A stretch of DNA of 64,000 bases, taken from contig JBCBPD010000002.1 in assembly GCA_039820925.1 (NCBI GenBank), positions 21,887-85,886 on the forward strand, read 5' to 3'. A model generated the notes under the pieces. That model was given only the letters and a program-made list of their open reading frames with translations, did no database searches and was not told where the DNA came from. Source of the stretch: Bacteroidota bacterium. Lineage in GTDB: Bacteria > Bacteroidota > Bacteroidia > Flavobacteriales > Flavobacteriaceae. The position numbers were made by a program, and so were the translations under genes. Of the stretch, positions 8,579 to 18,700 are shown in pieces; positions within the stretch are counted from its first letter, which is position 1; every line of letters begins with the position of its first letter.

Positions 8579-9271
8579 ATGAAACTAAAAAGTATAATCG
8601 TTGACGACTCCTCCATGCAGCGCATGGCCGTGGCGAAGTTGGTCAACAATCATCCTCATTTAGCCCTGGTCGCAGAATACAGCAACGCAATCGAGGCTAA
8701 AAACGGTTTGAAAAACCACGAAATCGACCTAATCTTCCTCGACGTAGAAATGCCAATCATCAACGGCTTTGACCTTTTGGAAGCATTGGAAAACCCACCT
8801 CAAGTCATTTTAATTACCGGAAAGCCCGATTACGCACTGAAGGCTTTCGATTATGACGTAACCGACTACCTACACAAACCAATAACCATGGCACGTTTTG
8901 AGGCTTCTGTAAAAAGAGCTGTTACCAAATACGAGCAAATGAATCGGGTTGATGAGGACGAAGAGCATATTTTTGTAAAAAGCAACCTAAAGAAGCGAAA
9001 AGTAATCCTTAATGATATCAAATGGATTGAAGCTTTGGGTGATTATATCAAGTTGGTGACTGATGAAGCAAACATTGTGATTCTTTCTACAATGAAGTCT
9101 TTCGAAAAGCAGTTGCCACCAGAAAAGTTTTTGCGTATCCATAAGTCGTATATCGTAAATCTGGAGAAAATTGAAAAGTTCAACAGTAAGAATGTGGAAG
9201 TAGGGGGACGACAGATACCATTAAGTAGAAACAAGAAAACCGAGTTGGCTGAAGCTTTAGCCAACGTATAA
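8579..9271 (+). CDS. LytTR family response regulator
   Basis: REC domain (IIVDD, LIFLDVEMP, DYLHKP) plus LytTR domain (WIEALGDY, FLRIHKSYIVNL). Confidence 0.93.
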   Translation: MKLKSIIVDDSSMQRMAVAKLVNNHPHLALVAEYSNAIEAKNGLKNHEIDLIFLDVEMPIINGFDLLEALENPPQVILITGKPDYALKAFDYDVTDYLHKPITMARFEASVKRAVTKYEQMNRVDEDEEHIFVKSNLKKRKVILNDIKWIEALGDYIKLVTDEANIVILSTMKSFEKQLPPEKFLRIHKSYIVNLEKIEKFNSKNVEVGGRQIPLSRNKKTELAEALANV

Positions 9272-9272
9272 G

Positions 9273-11726
9273 TTAGATATGGTCTACATCATAGACCAAT
9301 CGAACGCGTTTAAATTGGGAAATAGCATTAAAGGATTGTTCAATTCTTTTAATGCTATTTTTTATTTGAGCCATAGACTGCTCCCTTCCTATTTTCACCA
9401 GCACCGTTTTTAAGTAATCTCTTCGAATTCTTCCGATGGCTGGTGATTCAGGACCTAAAACGGTAATATTCGGAATGTTTTTCAAAGCCTGGGCAAACCA
9501 ACGCGATGCATCGTTGGAAAGATTAAAATCTTTTGTTTTTAAGGTAATCTTGATGATTTTAAGCTTGGGCGGATATTTGAACTGTTCTCTTTCGTAACGC
9601 TGTTGCTGAAACATCTGTTCGTATTCATGCGTGGTAACCTGCTGTAAAATTTGATGAAAAGGATTGTAGGTTTGAATCAACACCTTTCCTCTGGTTTGCG
9701 TGCGCCCTGCCCTACCTGCTACTTGGGTCAACATTTGAAAGGTACGTTCATGGGCACGATAATCAGGATAATGCAATAGCGTATCCGCATTCATAACGCC
9801 CACCAAGGAAACATTCCTGAAATCCAGCCCCTTGACAACCATTTGGGTACCTACCAGAATGTCAATTTCTTGCTGTTCAAAAGCGGTTATGATTTTTTCG
9901 TAGGCATGTTTACCGCGGGTGGTATCCAAATCCATACGGCCCACCTTTGCGTTTGGAAACAAGGTGGTACATTCTTTTTCAATTTGTTCCGTACCAAACC
10001 CTTTTTTATCCAAGGTTGCGCTCCCGCATGCCCTGCATTGGTTTTGCATGGCCATGTGATAGCCGCAATAATGGCAACGCAATTGATTCTTGTATTGGTG
10101 ATAGGTCAAACTCACATCGCAATTTGGGCATTGCGGCACATGACCACAAGTGGTACATTCCACAATAGGAGAAAATCCTCTTCGATTTTGAAAAAGGATA
10201 ATCTGTTCACCTTCTTCCAAAGCCCCGTTCATCGCCTCAATCAATCGCTCTGAAAAATGTCCATCCATTTTCTTTCGCTTGGTAGCCTCTTTTAGGTCAA
10301 CCAATGAAATGTCTGGCATTAGGACATTGCCATATCGTTGGGATATTTCAGCATATCCATATTTTTTTTTATACACGTTATCCATAGTCTCTAGACTAGG
10401 GGTCGCTGAACCCAAAAGACAAGACGCGCCCTGCAACGAAGCCAAAACAATTGCTGCGTCCCGGGCATGATATCGTGGAGCGGGGTCGAATTGCTTAAAA
10501 GAACTTTCATGTTCTTCGTCAATCACAATAAAACCCAGATTTTTAAAAGGAAGAAAAAGCGAAGACCTAGCCCCAATAATAATTTGTGCTTTGTCAGTAT
10601 GCTTTCTTACATTCTCCCAAACCTCAACCCGTTCGTGCACACTGTAGCGCGAATGGTATACCATGACCTTATCACCGAAATGATTTCGTAACCTTCCCAC
10701 CAACTGGGCTGTAAGTGCAATCTCGGGCACTAAGTATAAGGCCTGTTGTCCATTGGTTATGACTTCTTCCAACAGCTTGATATACACCTCTGTTTTTCCT
10801 GAGGAAGTGACCCCATGAAGTAAGGCAACCTTATTTTGGGAAAAGCTTTCTTGAATGGCATCCAAGGCGGTTTGTTGGTGTTCATTTAAATAAATCGCTG
10901 CATTATTGACTTTTTCATCAAATCCAATGCGGTCCATCTGCAACTGGTAAACTTCCAAAACAGCTTTGTTCACCAAAGCGTTCACCACCCCTCTCGACAC
11001 TTCGCTGGTTTTGAGCAGCTGTTGCAAGGGTATCGGTTTTGGACTTTCGGATTGCAATTGAAACAGCGATAAAATAGCCTTACTTTGCTGTGGCGCGCGG
11101 GTAAGTTCATCCAGCAAAGTTTCCAAAGCGTCATCCTCTTGATAGGCTTCAGAAAGTTTGACAAAACTGACCCATTTCGGTTTGTATTGCTCGTATAGGG
11201 CCTCCTTTTGAGCAACCAACCCTTTTTTTACCATTCGGTTGACCAAGGGAAGTACATTTTTTTTGTCAACGATATCCGCTATCTCCCCAACCTTTAGCAT
11301 GGATTGGTGTTGCAAGGCCTCGTAGACCAAAAACTCATCATCCTTTAGCTCCGTATCGTTGATTTCCACATCCGGTTTCGCTAAAATCAAGGTCTCGCTT
11401 TCGAGTAACAATGCCGAAGGCAGTGCCATTCGGACCACCTCTCCCAGGGTGCACATATAGTATTGCGCAATCCAAATCCAATGCTTCAGTTGTATTTGGG
11501 TGACTAGCGGTGCATCATCTAAAATCTGGTAGATGGGTTTGGCCTCGTACACTTCTGGAGCAACCTCATGGGTTTTCAGTACAATGGCCGTATAGATTTT
11601 GGACTTTCCAAAAGGGACGGCAATTCGTGTTCCGATTTGGATACGCGCTACTTCCTCAGCAGTAAGGCTGTAGGTGAACGTCCTTTCTAAGGGAATGGGT
11701 AATACAACATCTACGAAATATGGCAT
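9273..11726 (-). CDS. priA: Primosomal protein N' (replication restart helicase)
   Basis: LLHGVTSSGKTEVY, LVPEIALT, DEEHE, two CxxC pairs, QVAGRAGR. Confidence 0.97.
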   Translation of the reverse strand: MPYFVDVVLPIPLERTFTYSLTAEEVARIQIGTRIAVPFGKSKIYTAIVLKTHEVAPEVYEAKPIYQILDDAPLVTQIQLKHWIWIAQYYMCTLGEVVRMALPSALLLESETLILAKPDVEINDTELKDDEFLVYEALQHQSMLKVGEIADIVDKKNVLPLVNRMVKKGLVAQKEALYEQYKPKWVSFVKLSEAYQEDDALETLLDELTRAPQQSKAILSLFQLQSESPKPIPLQQLLKTSEVSRGVVNALVNKAVLEVYQLQMDRIGFDEKVNNAAIYLNEHQQTALDAIQESFSQNKVALLHGVTSSGKTEVYIKLLEEVITNGQQALYLVPEIALTAQLVGRLRNHFGDKVMVYHSRYSVHERVEVWENVRKHTDKAQIIIGARSSLFLPFKNLGFIVIDEEHESSFKQFDPAPRYHARDAAIVLASLQGASCLLGSATPSLETMDNVYKKKYGYAEISQRYGNVLMPDISLVDLKEATKRKKMDGHFSERLIEAMNGALEEGEQIILFQNRRGFSPIVECTTCGHVPQCPNCDVSLTYHQYKNQLRCHYCGYHMAMQNQCRACGSATLDKKGFGTEQIEKECTTLFPNAKVGRMDLDTTRGKHAYEKIITAFEQQEIDILVGTQMVVKGLDFRNVSLVGVMNADTLLHYPDYRAHERTFQMLTQVAGRAGRTQTRGKVLIQTYNPFHQILQQVTTHEYEQMFQQQRYEREQFKYPPKLKIIKITLKTKDFNLSNDASRWFAQALKNIPNITVLGPESPAIGRIRRDYLKTVLVKIGREQSMAQIKNSIKRIEQSFNAISQFKRVRLVYDVDHI

Positions 11727-11735
11727 CCACTTACT

Positions 11736-12179
11736 TTAGTTCACTCGGTGCCAAGTTTGCGTCCGAAACAAAAACGCCACGTAACCTCGAACTTTTAAAC
11801 GGTTGGCATTGTCTTCATCCAACCATAGTTTTCCGCGATAGGTAGTGCCATTTTCAGGGTCAAGAAGATAGGTCCCTTTGTATTCATTCGTTCCGTTAGG
11901 CTTAAAATCTTTGATGATATGCATGCCCTTGACGGGTTTGTCCTTCAAATCGCCTTTGCATTTGATACACACCGCATCTTCCCTACCCTCCTCTAAAATC
12001 TGAAGGATTTTTGCATTTAAGGTATTGTCTTTTTCATACACTTCCACAATGGCTTTGGCCTCTCCGGTAGTATCGTCAATTGTCTTCCATTTACCGAACA
12101 CGGTTTGGGCAGATAGCTGAAATCCACACAAAACCAATCCTACAACCCATATCAGTTTACTTCGCATTTCTTTTTTCAT
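11736..12179 (-). CDS. DUF2147 family secreted protein
   Basis: Signal peptide; GKWKTIDD, LDPENGTTY, LKVRGY...FRTQTWHR. Start may be 12167. Confidence 0.85.
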   Translation of the reverse strand: MKKEMRSKLIWVVGLVLCGFQLSAQTVFGKWKTIDDTTGEAKAIVEVYEKDNTLNAKILQILEEGREDAVCIKCKGDLKDKPVKGMHIIKDFKPNGTNEYKGTYLLDPENGTTYRGKLWLDEDNANRLKVRGYVAFLFRTQTWHRVN

Positions 12180-13134
12180 GTCTTTTTTTAAGTGAATTCA
12201 AAGTGGCGTTCAATTCGAATCCCAACAAAAGAATATTGGAATTCAACCAAATGAAGACCATTAATATCAAAAGGCCTCCCAACGCTCCGTAAAGTTCATT
12301 ATAACGGGCAAATTTTTCAACATAAACCCCAAAAAGATATGAAGTCACCAAAAAAAGTAAAGTCGTCATCAAAGCCCCGGAGGAGAAAAACCTGGCTTGT
12401 TTCCCTTCCGCAGTACCGAAGTAGTATAAAATGGAGGTGGTTAAATACGATAAACTGGTGAAGAAAATCAATTTGGTGGCTTGAATTCCTAAGGTGTCAC
12501 CCTTTTCTTGGTCATACCCCAGTGTTTTGCCTAGGTATTCGCTCGTATATTCCACAATATAGAATTCAAAATACACGTACAATACCGCGGCAATTATCAA
12601 TAGAATGGAAAGAATCACACCCACCATGAGCGCATATGCATATTGACGGAAGAAATTTCGTGTCAAATCCACATGGTAGGAGTTTTCAAATCCTCCAAAA
12701 ATGGCATTCACGCCATTGGCTACCAAGAAGATGGAAAGCACGAAGGCTGAGGACAATAACCCCCCTCTTCGTTGGTCCTTGATTTGTTGGTAAATATCTC
12801 CAAAGTAATCGCTTGTTGCGGAAGGTAGAAAAGACTCCAAGAACAACAAAAACTGCGCATCAAAATTCTCATTACCCACACTGGCGTAGGGAATGATGAA
12901 TGGCAATAAGGTAATCAGAAAGATGAGCAAGGGGAATAAAGCCATAAACAGGCTAAATGCAATGGAACTAGCCCTACTGGAAAGGGTTCCCTTGACGATG
13001 CCCACCAAATACATTTCAATTAAATCGTACAGCGAAAGACCCTCAAACGCCTTTAGTTTAAAACGTTTCAATAACTTGACCACGGTTTTGACCACCGGTA
13101 TCTTCTCCAGCTTTTCTTCTAGGGTCAAGGCCAT
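12157..13134 (-). CDS. YihY/virulence factor BrkB family membrane protein
   Basis: ASSIAFSLFMALFPLLIF; FARYNELYGALGGLLILMVFIWL. Confidence 0.88.
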   Translation of the reverse strand: MALTLEEKLEKIPVVKTVVKLLKRFKLKAFEGLSLYDLIEMYLVGIVKGTLSSRASSIAFSLFMALFPLLIFLITLLPFIIPYASVGNENFDAQFLLFLESFLPSATSDYFGDIYQQIKDQRRGGLLSSAFVLSIFLVANGVNAIFGGFENSYHVDLTRNFFRQYAYALMVGVILSILLIIAAVLYVYFEFYIVEYTSEYLGKTLGYDQEKGDTLGIQATKLIFFTSLSYLTTSILYYFGTAEGKQARFFSSGALMTTLLFLVTSYLFGVYVEKFARYNELYGALGGLLILMVFIWLNSNILLLGFELNATLNSLKKRHEKRNAK

Positions 13135-13137
13135 GGG

Positions 13138-13995
13138 CTATACTGCTTTTAAACTGAGGTCCATATTGTGAACTGAATGCGTTAAGGCGCCCGATGAAAT
13201 GTAATCCACACCACATTCCGCGTACTTTCTAAGGGTTTCTTCATTGATTCCTCCCGAAGATTCCGTTAGGCATTGCTCGCCAATGAGCGCTACAGCTTTT
13301 CGGGTGTCTTCATAATTGAAATTGTCCAATAGGATGCGATAGACATTTTCACCTTGCAAAATTTGTGCTACCTCGTCCAAGTTACGCGCTTCTACGATGA
13401 TTTTTAGATTTCTATGGTTTTCCGTTAGATAGGTATTCGTTTTGGCGATGGCGTTACGAATTCCCCCAGCAAAATCAATATGATTGTCCTTTAGCATAAT
13501 CATATCGTACAACGCAAACCGATGATTCTCTCCTCCTCCAATGGTTACCGCCCACTTTTCCAGCGCCCGAATCCCTGGGGTGGTTTTACGGGTATCTAGA
13601 ATTTGGGTTCCCGTACCTTCCAAAAGCGACACATAATGATGGGTTTTGGTCGCAATCGCACTCATACGCTGCATAGCATTGAGCACCAAACGCTCTGCTT
13701 TGAGAATACTTTGTGAGCTCCCACTTACGTAAAACGCAACGTCTCCATATTTGACCGCACTACCATCTTCTATTTCAACGGTCATGGACAAGTCTCCATC
13801 TACATAATTAAACACTTGTTGTGCAAAAGCCACCCCTGCTAGAATGCCTTCATCCTTGACCAAAAGCTTTGCTTTTCCTTCAGCAGATGCTGGAATACAA
13901 GCCAACGAACTATGGTCCCCGTCTCCAACATCTTCTCGAATAGCATTTTGGATAATAAGGTCAATTTCCTGTTGGAACTCTTCCTTTGAAATCAT
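13138..13995 (-). CDS. nadC: Nicotinate-nucleotide pyrophosphorylase (carboxylating)
   Basis: EDVGDGDHSS, AERLVLN, DTRKTTPG, HRFALYDMIMLKDNH, LLDN, SSGALTHS. Confidence 0.97.
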   Translation of the reverse strand: MISKEEFQQEIDLIIQNAIREDVGDGDHSSLACIPASAEGKAKLLVKDEGILAGVAFAQQVFNYVDGDLSMTVEIEDGSAVKYGDVAFYVSGSSQSILKAERLVLNAMQRMSAIATKTHHYVSLLEGTGTQILDTRKTTPGIRALEKWAVTIGGGENHRFALYDMIMLKDNHIDFAGGIRNAIAKTNTYLTENHRNLKIIVEARNLDEVAQILQGENVYRILLDNFNYEDTRKAVALIGEQCLTESSGGINEETLRKYAECGVDYISSGALTHSVHNMDLSLKAV

Positions 13996-14082
13996 AAGAG
14001 GCGTTTTTACGAATGTACTAAAAACCCAAAATTTGTGGGCTCAAATCAGCCATGGTCCCTAAAGAATTTATTTAATTTGAAT

Positions 14083-14556
14083 ATGAACATTCAAGTCATC
14101 GCCATTGGTAAAACCGATAGCAAAGCTTTGGCTCAGCTCATTTCGGAATATGCCAACCGTTTAGGTCATTATGTAAACTTTGAAATGTTATGGCTGCCTG
14201 ACATTAAGAACACGAAGGCCCTTTCTGAAAAAAACCAGAAACTACAGGAAGCGCAGCTGATTCTGAAAAAGGTAAAACCTTCGGACCATGTTATTTTATT
14301 CGATGAAAAAGGGAAAACCTTCTCTTCAGTGGAATTTTCAGAGCATTTACAAAAACGAATGAATTCGGGCTTGAAGCAATTGACGTTTGTCATCGGGGGT
14401 CCATACGGATTTGATGAAGTGTTGTACCAGCGTGCCCAGGAAAAAATAAGCCTTTCCAAAATGACTTTTTCACATCAGATGGTGCGACTTTTGGTGGTAG
14501 AACAAATCTACAGGGCCTTTACAATTCTACGGAATGAACCGTACCATCATCGTTGA
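14083..14556 (+). CDS. rlmH: 23S rRNA pseudouridine-1915 N3-methyltransferase
   Basis: FVIGGPYGF, SLSKMTFSHQMVRL..EQIYRAFTI...YHH. Start ATG 14083. Confidence 0.95.
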   Translation: MNIQVIAIGKTDSKALAQLISEYANRLGHYVNFEMLWLPDIKNTKALSEKNQKLQEAQLILKKVKPSDHVILFDEKGKTFSSVEFSEHLQKRMNSGLKQLTFVIGGPYGFDEVLYQRAQEKISLSKMTFSHQMVRLLVVEQIYRAFTILRNEPYHHR

Positions 14557-15463
14557 CCGCTTTTGACTTTTTCTTAGGCTTCGTATTTATTTGATAACGG
14601 TCAAGAAGATTTTCTACCGTTCTAATCACAAAATGATGGGGTCTTGCTACTTCGGTGGTCTTTTCTAGCGAACGAACCATGTTGTCTGAAACCGTTTTTA
14701 GTTGGTCCAGCTCTTCCGTGATAAAACCAAAGATTTCACGTTGTCTTTCAGGATTTTTCTCCGCCTTTAAAACATATTGTAAATCTCCAATGTTTTTCAT
14801 GTGCGAATTGAACACATGGGATTGATGCCAAGCTATTTCGGATAACTTCTTTTTTTGATTTACAATGCGATTCAAGATGGGATTCACGATGAACAAAATC
14901 TCGAACACGATGATAAAAATGGAGAAAATCGCCAGCTCAAGTTCAATGACCATCATGGCTTTGATATCCTTTTCGGATTTTCGCTGCAAAAGGGTTACGA
15001 TATTGTCCATGATAACCAGAAACCTATCTACCCGAAAGCGGACATCGTTAAAAGAAATGTTTTCAAAATTTTTGAAATCCTTTAATTCAGCATAGAGCCA
15101 ATTTAAATGCGGTTCCAACTTGTCAAACCGACTTAAGATGTACTCATCGTTCAAGGGTGCTATTTTCAGAGCGGCATTGCCATCCTGCAAGAACTCATTC
15201 ATCTGAACCAACTTGGTCAGCGTTAGTTTCATGTCGGCATAATCGCAATTGTGATAACGACACGAATAAAGTTCATTCAGAAGTCGCTGACTCAACATCC
15301 GCTGTCGACCAGCCAAATTCACCACCAAAGCGGAAGAGCTCTGCTTATTTAATGAATATTGGGTTATGGTCTGGATGGTGATGGTCAACAAGACAATGGA
15401 GACTACTAAAAGATAATAGGCTCGAAATCCTTTTTTAAAAACCTTCAGTTTTTTGAATGGCAT
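14519..15463 (-). CDS. Membrane sensor with PilJ/NarX-like periplasmic domain and a degenerate HisKA-like helix, no HATPase
   Basis: TM1, VVNLAGRQRMLSQRL (PilJ/NarX signature), TM2, EIAWHQSH. No N/G1/F/G2 boxes before the stop. Confidence 0.65.
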   Translation of the reverse strand: MPFKKLKVFKKGFRAYYLLVVSIVLLTITIQTITQYSLNKQSSSALVVNLAGRQRMLSQRLLNELYSCRYHNCDYADMKLTLTKLVQMNEFLQDGNAALKIAPLNDEYILSRFDKLEPHLNWLYAELKDFKNFENISFNDVRFRVDRFLVIMDNIVTLLQRKSEKDIKAMMVIELELAIFSIFIIVFEILFIVNPILNRIVNQKKKLSEIAWHQSHVFNSHMKNIGDLQYVLKAEKNPERQREIFGFITEELDQLKTVSDNMVRSLEKTTEVARPHHFVIRTVENLLDRYQINTKPKKKSKAVNDDGTVHSVEL

Positions 15464-15577
15464 TTCCTTTAATAAGAATTTGCCTACAAATTAGATTTTA
15501 AAAATCCCTTTTCCCGAAAAATGTTGTGAATCCTAAAATAGCCATGGTGAACGCTGTTAACGCACACCCAAAAGCCC

Positions 15578-17470
15578 TTAATAAAGTACCCTGAACTTGA
15601 TGGTATGGTCAATTTCGCGCAAGGCGGTCATCACCTCTTTATTGTACTCTTTGTCCAAATCTGTGATAACATACCCAACTTCATTATCGGTGGATAGATA
15701 TTGACCCGTTATGTTCATTTCATACTTGGCCAAAACCTCATTCACCTTAGCCATAATACCCGGTACGTTTTTGTGTATGTGCAAGAAGCGGTGGGCGTTA
15801 TTCTGCTTGGGCAAACGAATGTTTGGGAAATTTACTGCATCTACCGTATTTCCAGAATTAATGTAATCCATGATTTTATTCGGCACAAAATCGGCGATGT
15901 CGCGTTGTGCTTCTTCGGTACTTCCTCCTACGTGTGGGGTCAAGATAACGTTGGTCAAGCCTTGCAGTGGGGTCGCAAAGTCTCCATTGGACCTTGGCTC
16001 ACTAGGATAAACATCTACTGCTGCTCCAGACAGTTTCCCATTCTTTAATGCTTCGGCTAACGCTTCTATGTCCACCACAAAACCACGTGACAAGTTGATA
16101 AGGTAAGCTCCGTCCCGCATCTGTTCGATTTCTTCCGCAGAGATGAAATTTTGATTGGCTTTATTATCATCCACGTGCAGCGTAACTACATCGGAAAGGC
16201 CCAACAATTCTTCCAGAGAACTACACTTAATGGCATTCCCCAAAGCCAATTGGTCTGATACGTCGTAGTAATAGACACGCATGCCGATGGCTTCTGCGAG
16301 CACGGATAGCTGTTTACCAATGTTTCCATACCCAACAATGCCAAGGTTCTTCCCACGAACCTCTTTGGAGTTGATGGCGGTTTTATTCCATTCACCCTTG
16401 TGAATTTCGGTACTGCGCGTAAACACATTACGCATCAACATGATGATTTGACCAATGGCCAACTCTACTACCGAGCGGGTGTTGCTATAGGGTGCGTTGA
16501 AGACCACTACACCTTTCTTTTTACAGTAATCCAAGTCAATTTGGGTAGTACCAATACAGAAAGCACCAACGACCAAAAGCTTATTGGCTGCATCCAAAAC
16601 CTTTTGGGTCACCTGGGTTTTTGAGCGAATCCCTAAAACATGAACTCCCTTGATACGTTCGATAAGTTCTTCCTCGGTTAAACTGTGCTTGATTAACTCA
16701 ACTGAAAAACCCTCTTCAGAGAGGTTTTCGAAAGCATCGGGATGCACGTTTTCGAGCAATAATATTTTTATACGATTCTTGGGGTACGATAAACTACGTG
16801 GCAAATCATTCACAAATAAAAATTCATCTAAGTTAGGCGTGACATGGTCAGCGTTTTCGGCAGCCTTTTCACGATGTACGTTTTCAGTATACGCAAAGAA
16901 TTTATCCGCAATTCCGGCTTCTCGCATCACATAATCGCTATACCCATCTCCAATCACCTGTACCTCACCATCCAGGTCTAGGCGTTTCAAACATTCAATC
17001 TTACCATTATGGGAAGCCAAAACGTTTTCTTCATCAAAACCAATGATATTTCCGGAGGTGTCAAATCGAAAGGTGTTTGCATATACCCGGTCGGATGGAA
17101 TGCCATATGCCTCTACAATGGGGTCAATAAACTCCTTGAATCCGCAAGAAATGACATAAATATCATCGGTATACTTCTGGAAAAACTCTTTGTTGGCCGC
17201 GATGGATTTGGAAACCTTCTGTCGCAATTCATCTACCAAGGGCTCCAAGTCGTTTTGATGTGCTCCCAGCATGCCAATTCGGCGTTCAAGCGATTCCGTA
17301 AACGAAATATCCCCATCTATACCCAAATTGGTAATATCTTGGATTTCCTTAATGATTTCGTTTTTGTTGGATTTGTCCTTTAAGGTAATCTCAGCAAGCA
17401 CATCCAACGCTTCCACACGCGTAAGGGTGCTATCAAAATCGAAAACATATTTCCTAGCGGTTTCCACCAT
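15578..17470 (-). CDS. serA: D-3-phosphoglycerate dehydrogenase with N-terminal HAD (SerB-like phosphoserine phosphatase) domain and C-terminal ACT
   Basis: N-terminal FDFDSTL and IGDGYSD HAD motifs; GIRSKTQ, FCIGTTQID, GIVGYGNIG, TPHVGGST; HIHKNVPG ACT domain. Confidence 0.93.
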   Translation of the reverse strand: MVETARKYVFDFDSTLTRVEALDVLAEITLKDKSNKNEIIKEIQDITNLGIDGDISFTESLERRIGMLGAHQNDLEPLVDELRQKVSKSIAANKEFFQKYTDDIYVISCGFKEFIDPIVEAYGIPSDRVYANTFRFDTSGNIIGFDEENVLASHNGKIECLKRLDLDGEVQVIGDGYSDYVMREAGIADKFFAYTENVHREKAAENADHVTPNLDEFLFVNDLPRSLSYPKNRIKILLLENVHPDAFENLSEEGFSVELIKHSLTEEELIERIKGVHVLGIRSKTQVTQKVLDAANKLLVVGAFCIGTTQIDLDYCKKKGVVVFNAPYSNTRSVVELAIGQIIMLMRNVFTRSTEIHKGEWNKTAINSKEVRGKNLGIVGYGNIGKQLSVLAEAIGMRVYYYDVSDQLALGNAIKCSSLEELLGLSDVVTLHVDDNKANQNFISAEEIEQMRDGAYLINLSRGFVVDIEALAEALKNGKLSGAAVDVYPSEPRSNGDFATPLQGLTNVILTPHVGGSTEEAQRDIADFVPNKIMDYINSGNTVDAVNFPNIRLPKQNNAHRFLHIHKNVPGIMAKVNEVLAKYEMNITGQYLSTDNEVGYVITDLDKEYNKEVMTALREIDHTIKFRVLY

Positions 17471-17609
17471 GCCTTCTTTTTAATTAAGCCATAAAAGTAA
17501 AATTAAATCGTATTGCTGATACTGCTCCCTTACAAAAGGAAACAACAAATAACAATATCATAAAAAAATGTAAGAATCTTTGAGGAAAGTGAAAGCTCCT
17601 ATGAAAAAC

Positions 17610-18062
17610 TTAAAACCAACGCCGAGTGTTTTTACAATACAGACGATAGGGTTTGCCAAATTGCTTTTCCAACGCAGCTTCTTCAAATCGAATTTGAAAA
17701 TGGTTCATGTAGTACACAAAACCAGCCGCTAAAAGGGTATTGAAGGCATTCCCCAAACGCAAGCCCCAAGCCAATAATAACATCAACATAGCCAAATACA
17801 TGGGGTTTCGGGTATATTGAAAAATTCCTCCCATCACCAAAGCACTGGTTTTGGTCAAATCAATCGGATTAGAGGTAGTTTTAGCTTTCCTAAATTGAAA
17901 AATGGCCAAAAACATAATTAGCACAGCAGCTCCCAATAAAAACCACATCAATCCATCTTGACCAAAGAAGCTGAATTGACCGACGGGTAAAAATTTGGCC
18001 AAAAGGTACATTCCCAATCCAAATCCTAACATTACTAAAGGAGGTAATAGTTTTATTCGCAT
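17610..18062 (-). CDS. Isoprenylcysteine carboxylmethyltransferase (PEMT/ICMT-like) membrane protein
   Basis: GIFQYTRNPMYLAM, IRFEEAALEKQFGKPYRLYC..TRRW. Confidence 0.85.
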   Translation of the reverse strand: MRIKLLPPLVMLGFGLGMYLLAKFLPVGQFSFFGQDGLMWFLLGAAVLIMFLAIFQFRKAKTTSNPIDLTKTSALVMGGIFQYTRNPMYLAMLMLLLAWGLRLGNAFNTLLAAGFVYYMNHFQIRFEEAALEKQFGKPYRLYCKNTRRWF

Positions 18063-18124
18063 GTGCTAGTTCAATTCCACTTTTGTGAAAGTACTACTTT
18101 TGACCACCATTAAACCCATCCGTT

Positions 18125-18700
18125 ATGGAAATCGTTTTTGCTACCCATAATTTGAACAAACTAGAAGAAATCAAAGCAGCCCTACCTTCTGGATTTGTCT
18201 TGCGTTCGCTAACGGATATTGGCTGTACCGAAGATATTCCTGAAACCGGAGACACTTTAGCTGAAAACGCAGCCATCAAAGCCAACTATGTAACCCAAAC
18301 CTATGGTTTGAATTGTTTTTCTGATGACACGGGTTTACTCATCAATGCGCTACATGGCGCACCTGGTGTTTACTCCGCCAGGTATGCGGGACCGCAAAAG
18401 AGTGCGGAAGACAATATGGCTAAAGTTCTAATGGCATTGGAAGATGCATCCGACCGAAGTGCCTATTTCCAAACGGTCATTCACCTGAATTGGCAGGGAG
18501 AAGCTCATTCCTTCGTGGGGGAAGTACATGGTAAAATCATTCATGAAAAACGAGGTGATGGTGGCTTTGGGTACGACCCCATTTTTGTTCCTGAGGGCTA
18601 CGAAAAAACCTTTGCCGAGCTTCCATTGTCCCTCAAAAATCAAATTAGCCATCGGGGCAGGGCGTTTCAAAAGTTGATGGCTTTTTTAAAAAGTTCCTGA
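18125..18700 (+). CDS. rdgB: Non-canonical purine NTP pyrophosphatase (Ham1/RdgB)
   Basis: FATHNLNK, ENAAIKA, DDTGL, APGVYSARYAG, GFGYDPIF, KNQISHRGRA. Confidence 0.95.
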   Translation: MEIVFATHNLNKLEEIKAALPSGFVLRSLTDIGCTEDIPETGDTLAENAAIKANYVTQTYGLNCFSDDTGLLINALHGAPGVYSARYAGPQKSAEDNMAKVLMALEDASDRSAYFQTVIHLNWQGEAHSFVGEVHGKIIHEKRGDGGFGYDPIFVPEGYEKTFAELPLSLKNQISHRGRAFQKLMAFLKSS

